NCBI GenBank assembly: GCA_047495785.1
Contig: JBLDXI010000007.1
Span: 2,046,001 to 2,110,000 of the forward strand
Length of the DNA: 64,000 nt
From: Lepidodermella squamata
Taxonomy: Eukaryota; Animalia; Gastrotricha
Direction of reading: 5' to 3'
Shown one piece after another: positions 13,101 through 24,016 of this stretch; the stretch's first letter is position 1; every line of letters begins with the position of its first letter. The position numbers and the translations under genes are program-made. The notes beneath the pieces are model-generated. The model saw only the letters and a program-made list of their open reading frames with translations. It was not told the origin of the DNA and ran no database searches.

Positions 13101-16100
13101 TGCGTTAGCCTTCCACCCTGTCCAAGCCTCATTGCGTAGAAAAAATACCTCCCGGCTCCCGGGTCATCATGAAGAACGATGATTTCCGTCAGGTTTTCAA
13201 TAACGAAAACCAAGTACTAAGTGTTTCATGTTAACAACCGGTGCACAAATCCAAAAGAGGCCGCTATCATAAGATATTTGACCCCTTGGTAACAGTGGTT
13301 GAACAAACCCAGAATTGTTCAAGGCTAGTTTCGGCTATGCCACCGTGCTCTCGAACATCCTCCAGTAGCGGCCTATTGGATTTGAGCTACAGTTGTTCGG
13401 AAATCGAAAAGCACTAACCAGTTGCTGGAGTTGTTTTTTCGATGCACTTCTCATTGGGCTTGGACATGTATGTATGTATGTATGTATGTATGTATGTATG
13501 TATAATAGCGTTGGATTCGCACTAAGGCGGTCTTCCATCCAACATGGTTTGGCACATGCGGCGCTGCCAATAACTATTTCTAAAACTGCCTAATCGCTAA
13601 TTACGATCGTTTCTGATAATTTCGGATCGTTTTCGATATTTTTCAAACGATTTCTGGAGTGGGTACGCATAGCAACTTTAATGTACCCTCAAATGGGTGC
13701 ACACAGCAACTTGGTTGCACCCGCTGGGTACACATAGAAACTTCATTGTACCCACCGGGTACACATAGCAACTTAGTTGTACCTTTTTAAGGGGGTGCAC
13801 ATAGCCTCGACCTATATTTTTTATCAATACTGATGCTTCTCCATGACCCTTAGAATTTTTATTTGTGCAAAATCACTGATTTGAAAAACACCATATTTTG
13901 GGAAAATCAAAAAATCCTGGAGCCTCAATTACAATAAAATCTCAAAGCTTGGGATTCTTATTTCTATGCCTGAAATTGGGATGAAATTTACCTGCACACA
14001 TTGATTGCGAATTAGGACAGTCCTGTAAGCAAACGGGGGTGATAGAGTCAGCCGATATGACACCAGGAGCCGGGCAGAAGGAGTCGCAATCGGCCACATT
14101 ACCCCTCCGATCGTTGATACCCTCAACAAGGGTCTGAGGCGATATTAGAATCCCACTGATAACTGTTGTCGAATTCGAGCTAAAAGCGTCGAATTCGAGA
14201 GCTGTTTTCTTTGTCGCGCGCAGTAGGATGCAAGTCCCAGTTGAAATTTGGTAGACCGCTGAGCGGCAACTCGGATCGCCGAATAGCGCGAGACACCGCC
14301 CGGCGCAGGTTTCAACGGTCCGCGTGTTGATTATCGGGCGAATTATCTGTAAATTGAACGCTAAATCGCTGAGATCGACGACGATAGGCACCTCTTGATG
14401 CTGCAAAAATCGCGAGCAAGTACCGCGAAATAGCATCTCGCCATAATTTAGGCCTAAGAACCCTGTAAAGATAGCCAACAATTGAAGGATCATTCTTGCG
14501 GTGAAACAATTGCTTCTTCCCCCATGCGAAATTTGGGTCTTTAAGAAAATTTGAGCGGCCCTTTGTTATACTGCGCCGTCATTGCTGGGAAACGCTTTGT
14601 TTACTCTCAGGTTTCTCAGTTTTCTCGTCCCATACGTGTGAAGATCGCCTCGATCATTGAGCGAACTTTGTTTTTAATGCGAATAATTGGTGCTCAAAAA
14701 ATTGCCGATTATTTTGCTAATCGCTGTTGATATTTTTCACACTCAATTGATGTATGCAGCGTTTCTTTAGGCTGCTTCTGTATTCTGTGCACTCGATGCT
14801 TACCGATCATTTTTGGAAATGAGTAATCCTTTTTCGACAGTAATTTACTTTTTCGTTAGTTGAAAGTTGAAAAAGATAAGAGTGTGCATGGTGTCTAGGT
14901 AGGCAAACTTAGGTTAGTTAGTTCTAGTTTTTCCATACAGGCTAAAAATTATACAGAATCTTGTCATAGACGACACACAATCCAGTGTAGAGACGGTGAA
15001 TACTCCTGTGAATGCTCTCCTGATTGCTTTCAATTTCTAGAAACTATTTTCTACGCGAAATGAAAATTATTCGCTTATTTAATATTTTGCAAGGAAAAGA
15101 GAGAAAAGAAAATGACGCATCAAGTTGATCGGCGCCGCCTAATGCTTGAGTTTTTGAGCCGAATGCGTGACAGATCGGCCGTGCTCGCCTTCGATTGAGA
15201 TGCTCAGCTCGCATCCCAAGCAGGCATGGTCCCATTTCAGGGTGCGATAACATCGGTAGTATTAATTCGCGTCGACCTCGGGTAGCCTACTCTCGGATGG
15301 CGACGGCGATGGCAGCTTTGTGTGAACGAATATGCCCGGGCCAATCTCGAATGACTCCTGCATTATCGCGAATTTTTAGAAATTTAGACTATTTAGCGCT
15401 GATTAAATCTTCGACTTGAACTTCGCTGTTCTGAAACTATAACAAATGATGGGGACCGATCGAGATTATTCAACTGGTGGAAGAAAGTAGAAGGTGTAGG
15501 TGCAAAAGCTTTCGCTAAAAGCCACACTATATTTCGATCGAAGTGGCGATTTGATTGAAATCGAACTCAATTCCTAGCGTAAAACCTCCATTTGGCTAGT
15601 GGAAGGCTGATCGTGTCTTGTTGCCTTACGGTTGGCGGAGTTCGTTGCGGGGAAGCCGCGGTGTTGTTGTGTTGATCCCAACCGATTGGCAGTAGATTAG
15701 TGGGCGTAGGGCGAGGGAGCACGGATTGCGAGACCATTTCCCACCGATTGGCGCTGGTGAACCACATCTCCAGGTCTTCCTGCAGGGGACATGTCTACTG
15801 GTGGGTAGGCTATATGATCCTTAGTCTTGATTAAATGTCTTATAAGTATTAGTCGTGCGGAAAAGGCGAACTTCGTATGTTTTTCCCGGTGTCAAAGCTG
15901 CCAGCATCGGTATTTGCTTCCGAAAATTAAGGCCAATTTTTGGCAAAAAGTCGGAAGATGTAAAATGTTTACAAAAACACGTCATTTTATTTATTTAACA
16001 ACAGAGAAATGTTTCAAGCTATTTGTAATGTATTTGGGGTCGGAAAATGAGGCAACATTGACTATTCCCCATTTCAGCCACTTCACATATTCTTTCGAGA

Positions 16101-19100
16101 AGTTTTGGACACTGAGCTGCTTATCAGCAACCATGGCTTCGGTGACTTGGTCGGTGGGAATTTGCTACCCGAAAGCCACCACGCGGACAAGCCATTCACC
16201 CGTCCGGAATTCAGAATGGCCTGCAATGACCAAGGCATTGTCGTGATATCGTGAGAGTCACTGTTGATGTCTTTTAAAACTGAAATTGAAAGATAAAGCG
16301 AATTATGCCAACAGCAGTAAGGATCACTGATGAAGATTCGGCGGCTGGCACTGCGGCGACGGGCGCCGCAATACGCTGACGGCTTCGCCTCGATGCCTTT
16401 GATATCGGCGCTGATTCCTCTCGAATGACTCCTGAGAAATCGCGAATTTTTTGAAATTTAGACTGTTTAGCTTTGGTTAAATCTTCGACTTGAACTTATG
16501 GAAACTATAGCAAGTGATTTCAATCACAAATTTCGCGCCTAGGGTGGAAATGTCGACCGTGACGGTGACCATACTCGAGTAGGGAATCGCTATGCGTTAG
16601 CTGATAGAGCAAAATCTTAGCACATTCAGTAAAAATACTATGTGCGGATAAGTAAGTCGAAAGTAAGACGAACATGTTCAAGACGACAGACGACAGCAGG
16701 GTAAAAAATGGCTCCTCGTTGAGGGATGGTATTGCGAAACCGCCGACTTCCGCGCCGAGTTTGCAGTTATTCTTTATTTGCGGTTTTTTTAGTGTCGACA
16801 GTAATCAAGTTTGATGTCAGATTGAAATAATTTCAGACATTTTTAGTTTGAAAGGAAGAGTTACGAACAGATTCTGCGTTTCAGCCACCTTTTGTAGTTT
16901 GTCGGTAGTTTTCGGCCAGCCTGCTTGCCGCCTGCCGGCTTCGAAATCTATTTTTTTTGAACTTCCGGTTCGAAGTCACCCCATTCAAACCCTTTCTCGT
17001 CGTTGGCCTGACCAAACAATCGCGAATAATTAGAGATTTAGATTAGGTATTAAGAGTTGGTATAATTTTCGGCGAAATTATTCAGTCAACGATATTGGAC
17101 GTTCACGGTTCGATCTATAAGATTCGAATTTGGTCGATGGGGTTGCGTTAGTTTTCAGCAGTTCAGCACCGATTTTATCAACCGTTAAGACGGAGTTTAC
17201 GGAGTTTGTTGCGGGGAAAGCCGCCGTGTTGTTTTGTTTATCCCAACTAATCGGCGCGTCTCCTAGTAGTAGAATAGTGGGCGTAGGGTGAGGGAGCACG
17301 GATTGCGAGACCATTTCCCACCGATTGGCGCTGGTGAACCACATCTCCAGGTCTTCCTGCAGGGGACATGTCTACTGGTGGGTAGGCTATATGATCCTTA
17401 GTCTTGATTAAATGTCTTATATTAGTCGTGCGGAAAATTCCAACTTCGTAGGCTTTTCCCGGTGTCCAAGCCTCTAGTATCGGTAGTTGCTGCCCCAAAG
17501 ACACCACTTGAAGAGGAAGCAGTTCTTGTCTCATTGAAGATGACCGTGAAGAGGACGCAGAATCGCACCGAAAAGATGTTCGCCGTCATTGCGCAGAATG
17601 GCCTTCTATCGAGGTTGACCAAGGCATTTTCGTGATAAACGCCTTCGGTATATCCATGATTAATCTGTTCAGAATTGTCAGTGAAATTCGTAGTCAAACG
17701 AGAAATGCTAGCCATATGCCCCATAATCTTGCGAAGATGATCCGCCCACGGCGAGACCGGCAGGTCGCCGTAGTCAGCTTGGAACAGCGTGCAGTGATGG
17801 TTCTGTTGTCCGAAACGTCAATAATGACATGTTGCAATGCCAAGATGGTCACACCGGCTAAAAACAGCTCCGATGAGCGGTTGTTGCGAAGGTTAGTCAA
17901 GTTCAGCAGAATGTCCGTTTGCTCGTTGGGTAGAGTATCACAGAGGAAAGATCCGTTGGTGCGACGTTCCATAAGAGCTACCGTCTTGTCGATATCTTGT
18001 TGGCCTAGCGTCAAGTTCGAGCATATGTGTAATTTTCAGCCATGGCATATCGACCTGTAATAGCAGCTTCAATATTACCTTCGTTGAAATCGGAAGGCAC
18101 GTCAAAGTTCTACAGTAAATTGCTAAAATCATCCTACTGGGTTGGTAACTTTGCCAAGCCCAAGCCCATGTCCGTGATCAATACACAGTCGCTTTAGTTA
18201 GGTTCATTTGCAATTGAATACTGATCCGTTCGTATGAGACTAGCAGATCGTCATTTATCGTCGGAACCAGCGCTTTTACGAACTAAAACGATTGGAGCAT
18301 GTGCAATATTGATCTGAAGGTCATTTGCCACGAGGTGGTCACTGTGATACTGATTGAATTCGGCCCGTACATAAGTTCCAGAATCAGGGCCACATGCACA
18401 TGAGGCAAACCTTTGGATCGAATCTTCCATGTCACCCTGAAAGAACTTGGCCTGTAGGGTGGGTTTGGAACCGCATGCGAGCGAAAATAGGGCTGTTTGG
18501 AACATTCAGAATCATCGCCATGAGGTTTTCGGCCGAAAACATTTTGATGGTATTTTTATCCTGATCACAAATTTAGCAATTCTGTGGCGCCACGATTAGC
18601 GTCGAGGGCTTGCAGCGATGGGATCACGTCGTTCGCGGGGACGTAGGCAGCAATTTATTTGTGTTTTTGAGACAGGGCGCGTGAAAGGTCCACATGTTAC
18701 ATTCGAGGGTGTAATCGCAGAATTCTGTTTATGCTATTGACCTTTATCAGCTTTTTGATGAGATCCCAATTTACACACGGTGATGTTCGAGAGGTTGTCA
18801 GATCCTGCGACTTGTAAATTTGTGCACATTTGATTGTTGGAATGGATTGTAACACTGAAGTCAATGCTAGTGTATCGCAATGACTTTCCTGAATTATGAA
18901 AAAAGTGGAGAAGCACTTGCATAATGGGTTGAATAGCGGGTGTAATTATCGTTTTTGCGTCATTAGGCTAATTTACAAAAAAATGTTAACGAGTTGAAAT
19001 TGTTGCGTTGGGCGCATTCGTATTAATTGTCATTTTATTTCTTAGGTGACGAAATGTGTGGCCGAGATGTCATGTCACGCTTCGATGCTGCCGATAAGAT

Positions 19101-22100
19101 TCGAGAGCGCGGCAATGCTGTCTACAAGCAGGGCAAGTTCGAAGAAGCGCTGAAAATCTACAACGAAGCCATGGTTGTCAACCCGATGGAAGTGCGCTCG
19201 TTCACAAACGCCGCCATCTGCCTCATCCACCTTAACCGTTTCGAAGAAGCTATCACAATGTGCAGCATTGGCAACGACGTCGCGCCTAGTTACGGCAAAA
19301 CTCATCTGCTCGCCATCAAAGCTTATTGTCACTTAGGATTTGCTGACGCCGCTCGAAAATATATGCAAGACAGCCTGGAAAAGATGGACCCGCGCGAGTG
19401 GGGACCGTTCGCTGCTGAATGCGAGAAATTGATTCGCGAAATTCCGGCATCAAAGCGACGTGTTATCGATAAGGCTGAGGTTGAATTGACGATTTCACGC
19501 CTGTTATCACCCGATTCAGACCCGAATCCGAACATTCATTCGTATCTGCTTTTCCACCTTTTGGAGTCATTTGATGATATCGCTAAGATCTACGAGCATA
19601 CCCTACCCCCACTGCTGAAATGCATGACCGAAAATGTGTTCATCGCCCCGTTTATCAAAGACCCAGTCAAAAAATTCAACGAATTATCGGCCGGTGAATT
19701 CCGTCTGATGGGCTGTTATATGGTTCAGCTACAGCTCATGTGTGAGCAGAGGCACTTTAAGGCGGCTGAAAAACTCGTGGAACAGCCGCCTTTCCTCCCG
19801 TTTCTCGCAAATGCGTTTCGAGCCGTTCTGAAAGAGTCCGCCTTAAAAAAGGTGATGACAACCCTAGGACCGGGTTATACATTCCGCAGTTACTTCGCCG
19901 CCGGGGTGTACATGCTGTGTATGTTGGCGAAGAACCCGGCTATGCGGGCGAAGGTGTTCAAAAACTCGTCGCCGTTTGGCGATTTCGCATTTTACGTCCA
20001 CCTCATGTCAGTTTACCCGGCGATTTGCGACCCGCTTGAATCGCCTGATACTAATATGTTCGTCGATGCGTTCACCGGTGTTATGTGCGATCCGTGGTTT
20101 ATCGATCGGCTCGATCAACAGCTGCCATCTGAGCGGTTCGACTATGTGTTTTCGCTCTTCGCGACTATCAGCACAGTCTATCTCCTGAGCCGTTCTGAGT
20201 AAGTTGCTTTTCTCATTACTTTTATTTTGCAAAGAAAAGTAGAAAAATCTGATAGAATTTGATTAATTCACTAACCGGCCACATCCCTCCTTCACGGATG
20301 ATGAAATAACAGCGCAGATGAAGTGAGAGAGGTGTAACGAAATGAAATGGCTAAACGATCTATTACACAGTCTTTGAGATGAGCTGATATTTTACGTAGT
20401 ATTTCGTTTTGGTCCACCAATACCACTAGACAATAGAACCCTAGCGGTGCTGATGTGTTGTTTATCAATTCCGCACAACGCTCCGCTGCCGTCACGTCCC
20501 AAATGATCGGCACTTCTCTTAGAAGTTGGCTGGACGTAGCGTGGAACGCACTTGTTCCGGGACAATTTCTCAGCGAGTGGCGATGGTGAACCACATCTCC
20601 AGGTCTTCCTGTGGGGAACATGCCTGTTTGTAGTCTCGTAGGTGAGCTGTATGGTCCTTGGTCTTGATTAAATGTCTTACATTAGTCGCGCGGAAAAGGC
20701 AACTTCGTAGGTTTTTCCCGGTGTCAAGGCTGACAGCATCGGTATTTGCTGCGCAAATGCAGCGCGTGAACAAGCCATTACCAGTCCAGAATTCAATCTC
20801 TTGAAAAGGCGTTGAAGAGGAAGCATTTTTGTTAGATATAACGTTGATGAAAATGTCTTTTTGTTCAACTTGAAGTGTTTACCTTGTCTCGTTGGAGACA
20901 ACCGTGGATAGCACACATAATCTTACCAAAAAGATGTACGCATTATTGCACTGAATGGCTTTCACTAGAAGCGGTCAATCGATTCGGTTTTCACGACATA
21001 AATTGGCAAAATTCCAAAGTTGGCTAGAAATTGTTGCTAATTAATTCTTGCAAGCATCTAGGTGAGAGGCTAGGCTTGGACCACCATTTTAATCACAATG
21101 TTCGGTATTTCATCATGACCGGGAGCCTTGAATGTTGTCAGCTTTTTAAACAAATGTTACATTTCAAGACGTATCATCCCGAACTGTGTTCTCGCTGAAT
21201 TAATAGCTAATTGAAGTAAATTCTGCATCATTTTACTTATTCGCCTTCAAAACCACATTCAATCACCTCAGATCATTTCCGGCATCTTTAAAACAAGTGA
21301 GCAAAAGTTGCCAATAAAAATATAAACCGGCAATACCAATAATAATTGACAGCCATAACGGCGTCCTGTTGTTGTCGTGGTTGTCCTGCCGCCGTGGGCG
21401 TCGTATTCGTTAGCACGCAAAGAAAGCGCCGCTCGTAGCGCCGATTCGCTCAGTTAACTGCCGGGCTCCGACGAGCGGTTTTTGCGAAGGTTAGTCAAGT
21501 TCAGCAGAATGTCCGTTTGCTCTTTGGTTAGTTTGGCTCACGGAGAGGTTGTGTTGTACGACGTTCCATATAAGAGCTACCGTCATGTCAATAGCGTGTT
21601 AGCCTTGGGTGAGTTGGATAAAGCGGGGTGGAGGACGTGGCGTGATTGGTTGATTGGCCGGCCTAGATGCCGTGTCGGCGTTCCTGGTTATCTGAAATCT
21701 ATGCATCAAAGGTCGAAGCCTCTTGTTCTGTAAAAAATAAAGCTTATAGAAAGACTGTGTTGGAATCAACTGTCATTTGATTTGGTAATCGACAGTTGAA
21801 TGAGCTACGCTGGTATAGTATCATAATATATCCGCCCACGGAATCGTTGCTTACCATCGGGTCAACAGAAGTAATCAGTTAGCAATCTATAGTTGAAATA
21901 TACAACGTTATTTCGCAATCTTGAATTGTGTTAGAGAGGTAGAAGATTGAGAGGTTTATAAGTTAGGAAGGCGGCGTGCTAGGCAGGCATGCTACTTAAA
22001 CGCATGGCGTTCGACCTTCACATATAATAACCTATGATAATCCAATAATGCAACAAGTAAAGCTATCGAAACCAAGTATGTGTGAAGCTATAATTTCAAT

Positions 22101-23937
22101 AAAATTGAATAACAGATTTTCCGATTCCATCAGCTACAACACCTGAAATGGGAAGAGATCTCCAAAATCGTCTTCATTTTGGATCCACATGGGAATCTAA
22201 AGTTACATAATATCTCGGATCGAAAATCTGTCTTTCTGAATCCGGAAAAACGCCCAATTTTCGAAATGGAAAAGTTGAATTGCAACTTCTGAGAAATGGA
22301 AAAACCCTGCGAAGCAGGATAATCATTTAAGCGCATTTAATTTTATGATCAAAAACACAGGTGAAAATTCACAAAAATGCACTCTTTTTATTCGTAATAA
22401 ATTATTCATCGACTAGTCAGCCAAAAAGCATTGAGATGTTGGATAAATCTTAAGATTGAACGATATGCAAAACGTCACAGTTCGAGTTTATTAATGAAAA
22501 AACATGATTTATGAGTTAGTTTTATTTCATGGTGCGTGGCAGCAGCTCGGTCCCGTTCGCACATCATTTTTGCCCCTTCCCGCTTTATTTCACATGCTAA
22601 ATCATTGCCGACTCGAGCAATCACCCGCTCATTCTTCCCGGGAAACCCATCCATAAATGCAGAATTTATGAACGAGACGTAGTTCAACACCGTTGATTTG
22701 GTGATAATGAAGACGCCGGGAATCGGTAAGCAATACGCAACCATGTCATGATAATAAGTTGTTTCGGCTGGAGCGGCTGCATTTGGGCAACTATAAAAAA
22801 ATTATTGTAGCCTTGCGCTGAAAATTTTGTAACTACTCATGCAAAGTAGTCATGCAAGCCCCTCCCCCCCTCGGACGTCTCTTATGGATGCTTTTATGGA
22901 TTTCGGGTTAAAATCGTATTAATATTTCGATTTTTTTTAACTATTTTAGACCACAGCAATGCCGTTACGAGAGAATTCCATTCGCATCTTTCCTACCTTT
23001 CTGGCTGAAAATCTCCCAGCGTCCTAAAATTGCTCAAGCCCTTGCTCGCCGACCTGGCGTCTGGTTCCATCTGGCGACCCGAATCCAGTACTCGATCGGC
23101 ACCGATCTCACCCGATATATGGCGAAAGTTCATCATCGTGATCACCTCGAAGAAACCCTTCTGATCACGCGAAACCTGAGTCAACACCTTGAATCTCCGA
23201 TTTTCACCGAAGACGTAATTGTCAAACACCATTTTCTCGAGAATTTTGTCATTTTATTTTCACTGGCCGAGAAAACTAACCGTAAACACGAATCTTTCAT
23301 CAAGATCGCTCAGAAGTTTTTCCTGCAAATTTTACACCGATTTTTCAAAGTCGCTCCCGATTTTGCTGATGAGCTTGAAAACGCGCGACCGACGATTTTA
23401 GCCGATATTGAAGCTATGATTGTGAATGCTGAAGATTCAGAGGCAGTTTCCGCTGCAATCTCTTGCATTGCTATGCTGATTCGAAAGCCTTCGATGACCA
23501 GATTGAAAAAAATCAAGGAATCGCCTTATTTCAATTCGCTGATCAAAGAGCTGAATAAAGTTTTGTACGCCGATAAAAATGAAGACAAGCACGATGCTAT
23601 CAAGATTATTCGAGTTCTACTGAATTATGAAAATGAAGAAAAATCCACACTAAATTTACTGACGACAACTGGCGGAGAAAAACTCATTGAAATACTCTGC
23701 CGTATTATTCAAAAATCGCTAGAAAATGATGGTGAGAAGACCGAAAATGTCGAAAATTGCCTAATTTTGCTTGGCGCTCTAATCGAGAAGGGCGGAAAAT
23801 TCGCAGACGCTTGCCACTCTATCGACGAGGAACTGGCGTGTGGAACCCTGATCGCAGCGAAAGAAATTGTTGAAAAAACTGAATCGAAAAATGACAAAAG
23901 CCTACTGGAACGTGTTATTACTACTTTGAGTGCATAA
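10103..23937 (+). CDS. TPR/helical-repeat family paralog 4, ~768 aa; exons 10103-10268, 19046-20198, 22950-23937
   Basis: Exon 1 is homologous to exon 1 of paralogs 2 and 3 (M.YF..LFG..DFE...P.DT.E), with the same phase-1 donor. Junction GA|GTAAGT..TTTTAG|A restores the frame into PFASFLPFWLKIS..RPGVWFH..HLEETL. Confidence 0.8.
10332..14493 (-). CDS. Secreted PAN/apple + three CTHRC1 C-terminal-like domain protein, nested antisense in intron 1 of TPR paralog 4 (~10 exons)
   Basis: Signal peptide MILQLLAIFTGFLGLNYG and PAN motif (CAGRC...CRSAVY...CIL). Spliced exons give FTKRHDFTHIKV..INGSDC, YKKRSDSSTLRIYWSG..CLRFYFTINDQICRDPAPIEA..VDGIC..IVEE and YNKLQTASSLHVKWYG..CERWFITFNGVEC..VEGTC..MVEE. 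Each resembles the CTHRC1 C-domain as recalled (FTKMRSNSALRV..CQRWYFTFNGAEC..PIEA..VEGLC..IIEE). Confidence 0.8.
12513..13812. mobile_element. Non-autonomous TIR (Mutator/foldback-like) element with 9-bp TSD
   Basis: Imperfect TIRs (GGAAGTGGCTATTTGCACCC / revcomp GGTCGAGGCTATGTGCACCC) are built of ~30-bp GGGTAC..AAGTTGCTATGTG subrepeats. Direct repeat TATATTTTT lies at 12504-12512 and 13813-13821. Confidence 0.75.
13466..13503 (+). repeat. (ATGT)n microsatellite
   Basis: About 9 perfect ATGT units. Confidence 0.95.
15330..17950 (-). mobile_element. Cluster of degenerate repeat fragments, probably non-LTR retrotransposon (RT) derived
   Basis: 15700-15900 is nearly identical to 17275-17470, and 15345-15425 to 16420-16500. 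Minus-strand LQEDLEMWFTSANRW...ILLLGDAPISW resembles the distal LINE RT motif (LQxDL..W..W). Confidence 0.55.
20480..21600 (-). mobile_element. Degenerate LINE-like element in intron 2 of paralog 4 (same family as the 15.3-18 kb fragments)
   Basis: 20580-20750 matches 17330-17470, and 21465-21520 matches 17867-17925. Minus-strand KAPGHDEIPNIVIK (~21100-21135) is the LINE RT domain-0 KAPGxDxIxN motif. Confidence 0.6.
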
Positions 23938-24016
23938 TCCACCTTAAAAATCTTATAATACGATTTTCTCACTTCATCTTTTTATCAGTTTAGAAGTCTG
24001 TATTAGATTTTAAATA

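Noticed and set aside
13655-13812. CRISPR-like ~30-bp quasi-palindromic repeats
   Set aside because: No unique spacers, no cas genes, eukaryotic context; explained as modular TIR of the 12513-13812 element.
17247-17534. FN3-like motif (LTPGKxYEV) in repeated intronic segment
   Set aside because: Too short, frameshifted among copies, and adjacent to RT-like motifs; better explained as a decayed retroelement.
18000-18950. Short ORFs in intron 1 of paralog 4 (and 22475-22790 in intron 2)
   Set aside because: No coherent exon chain or domain could be built.
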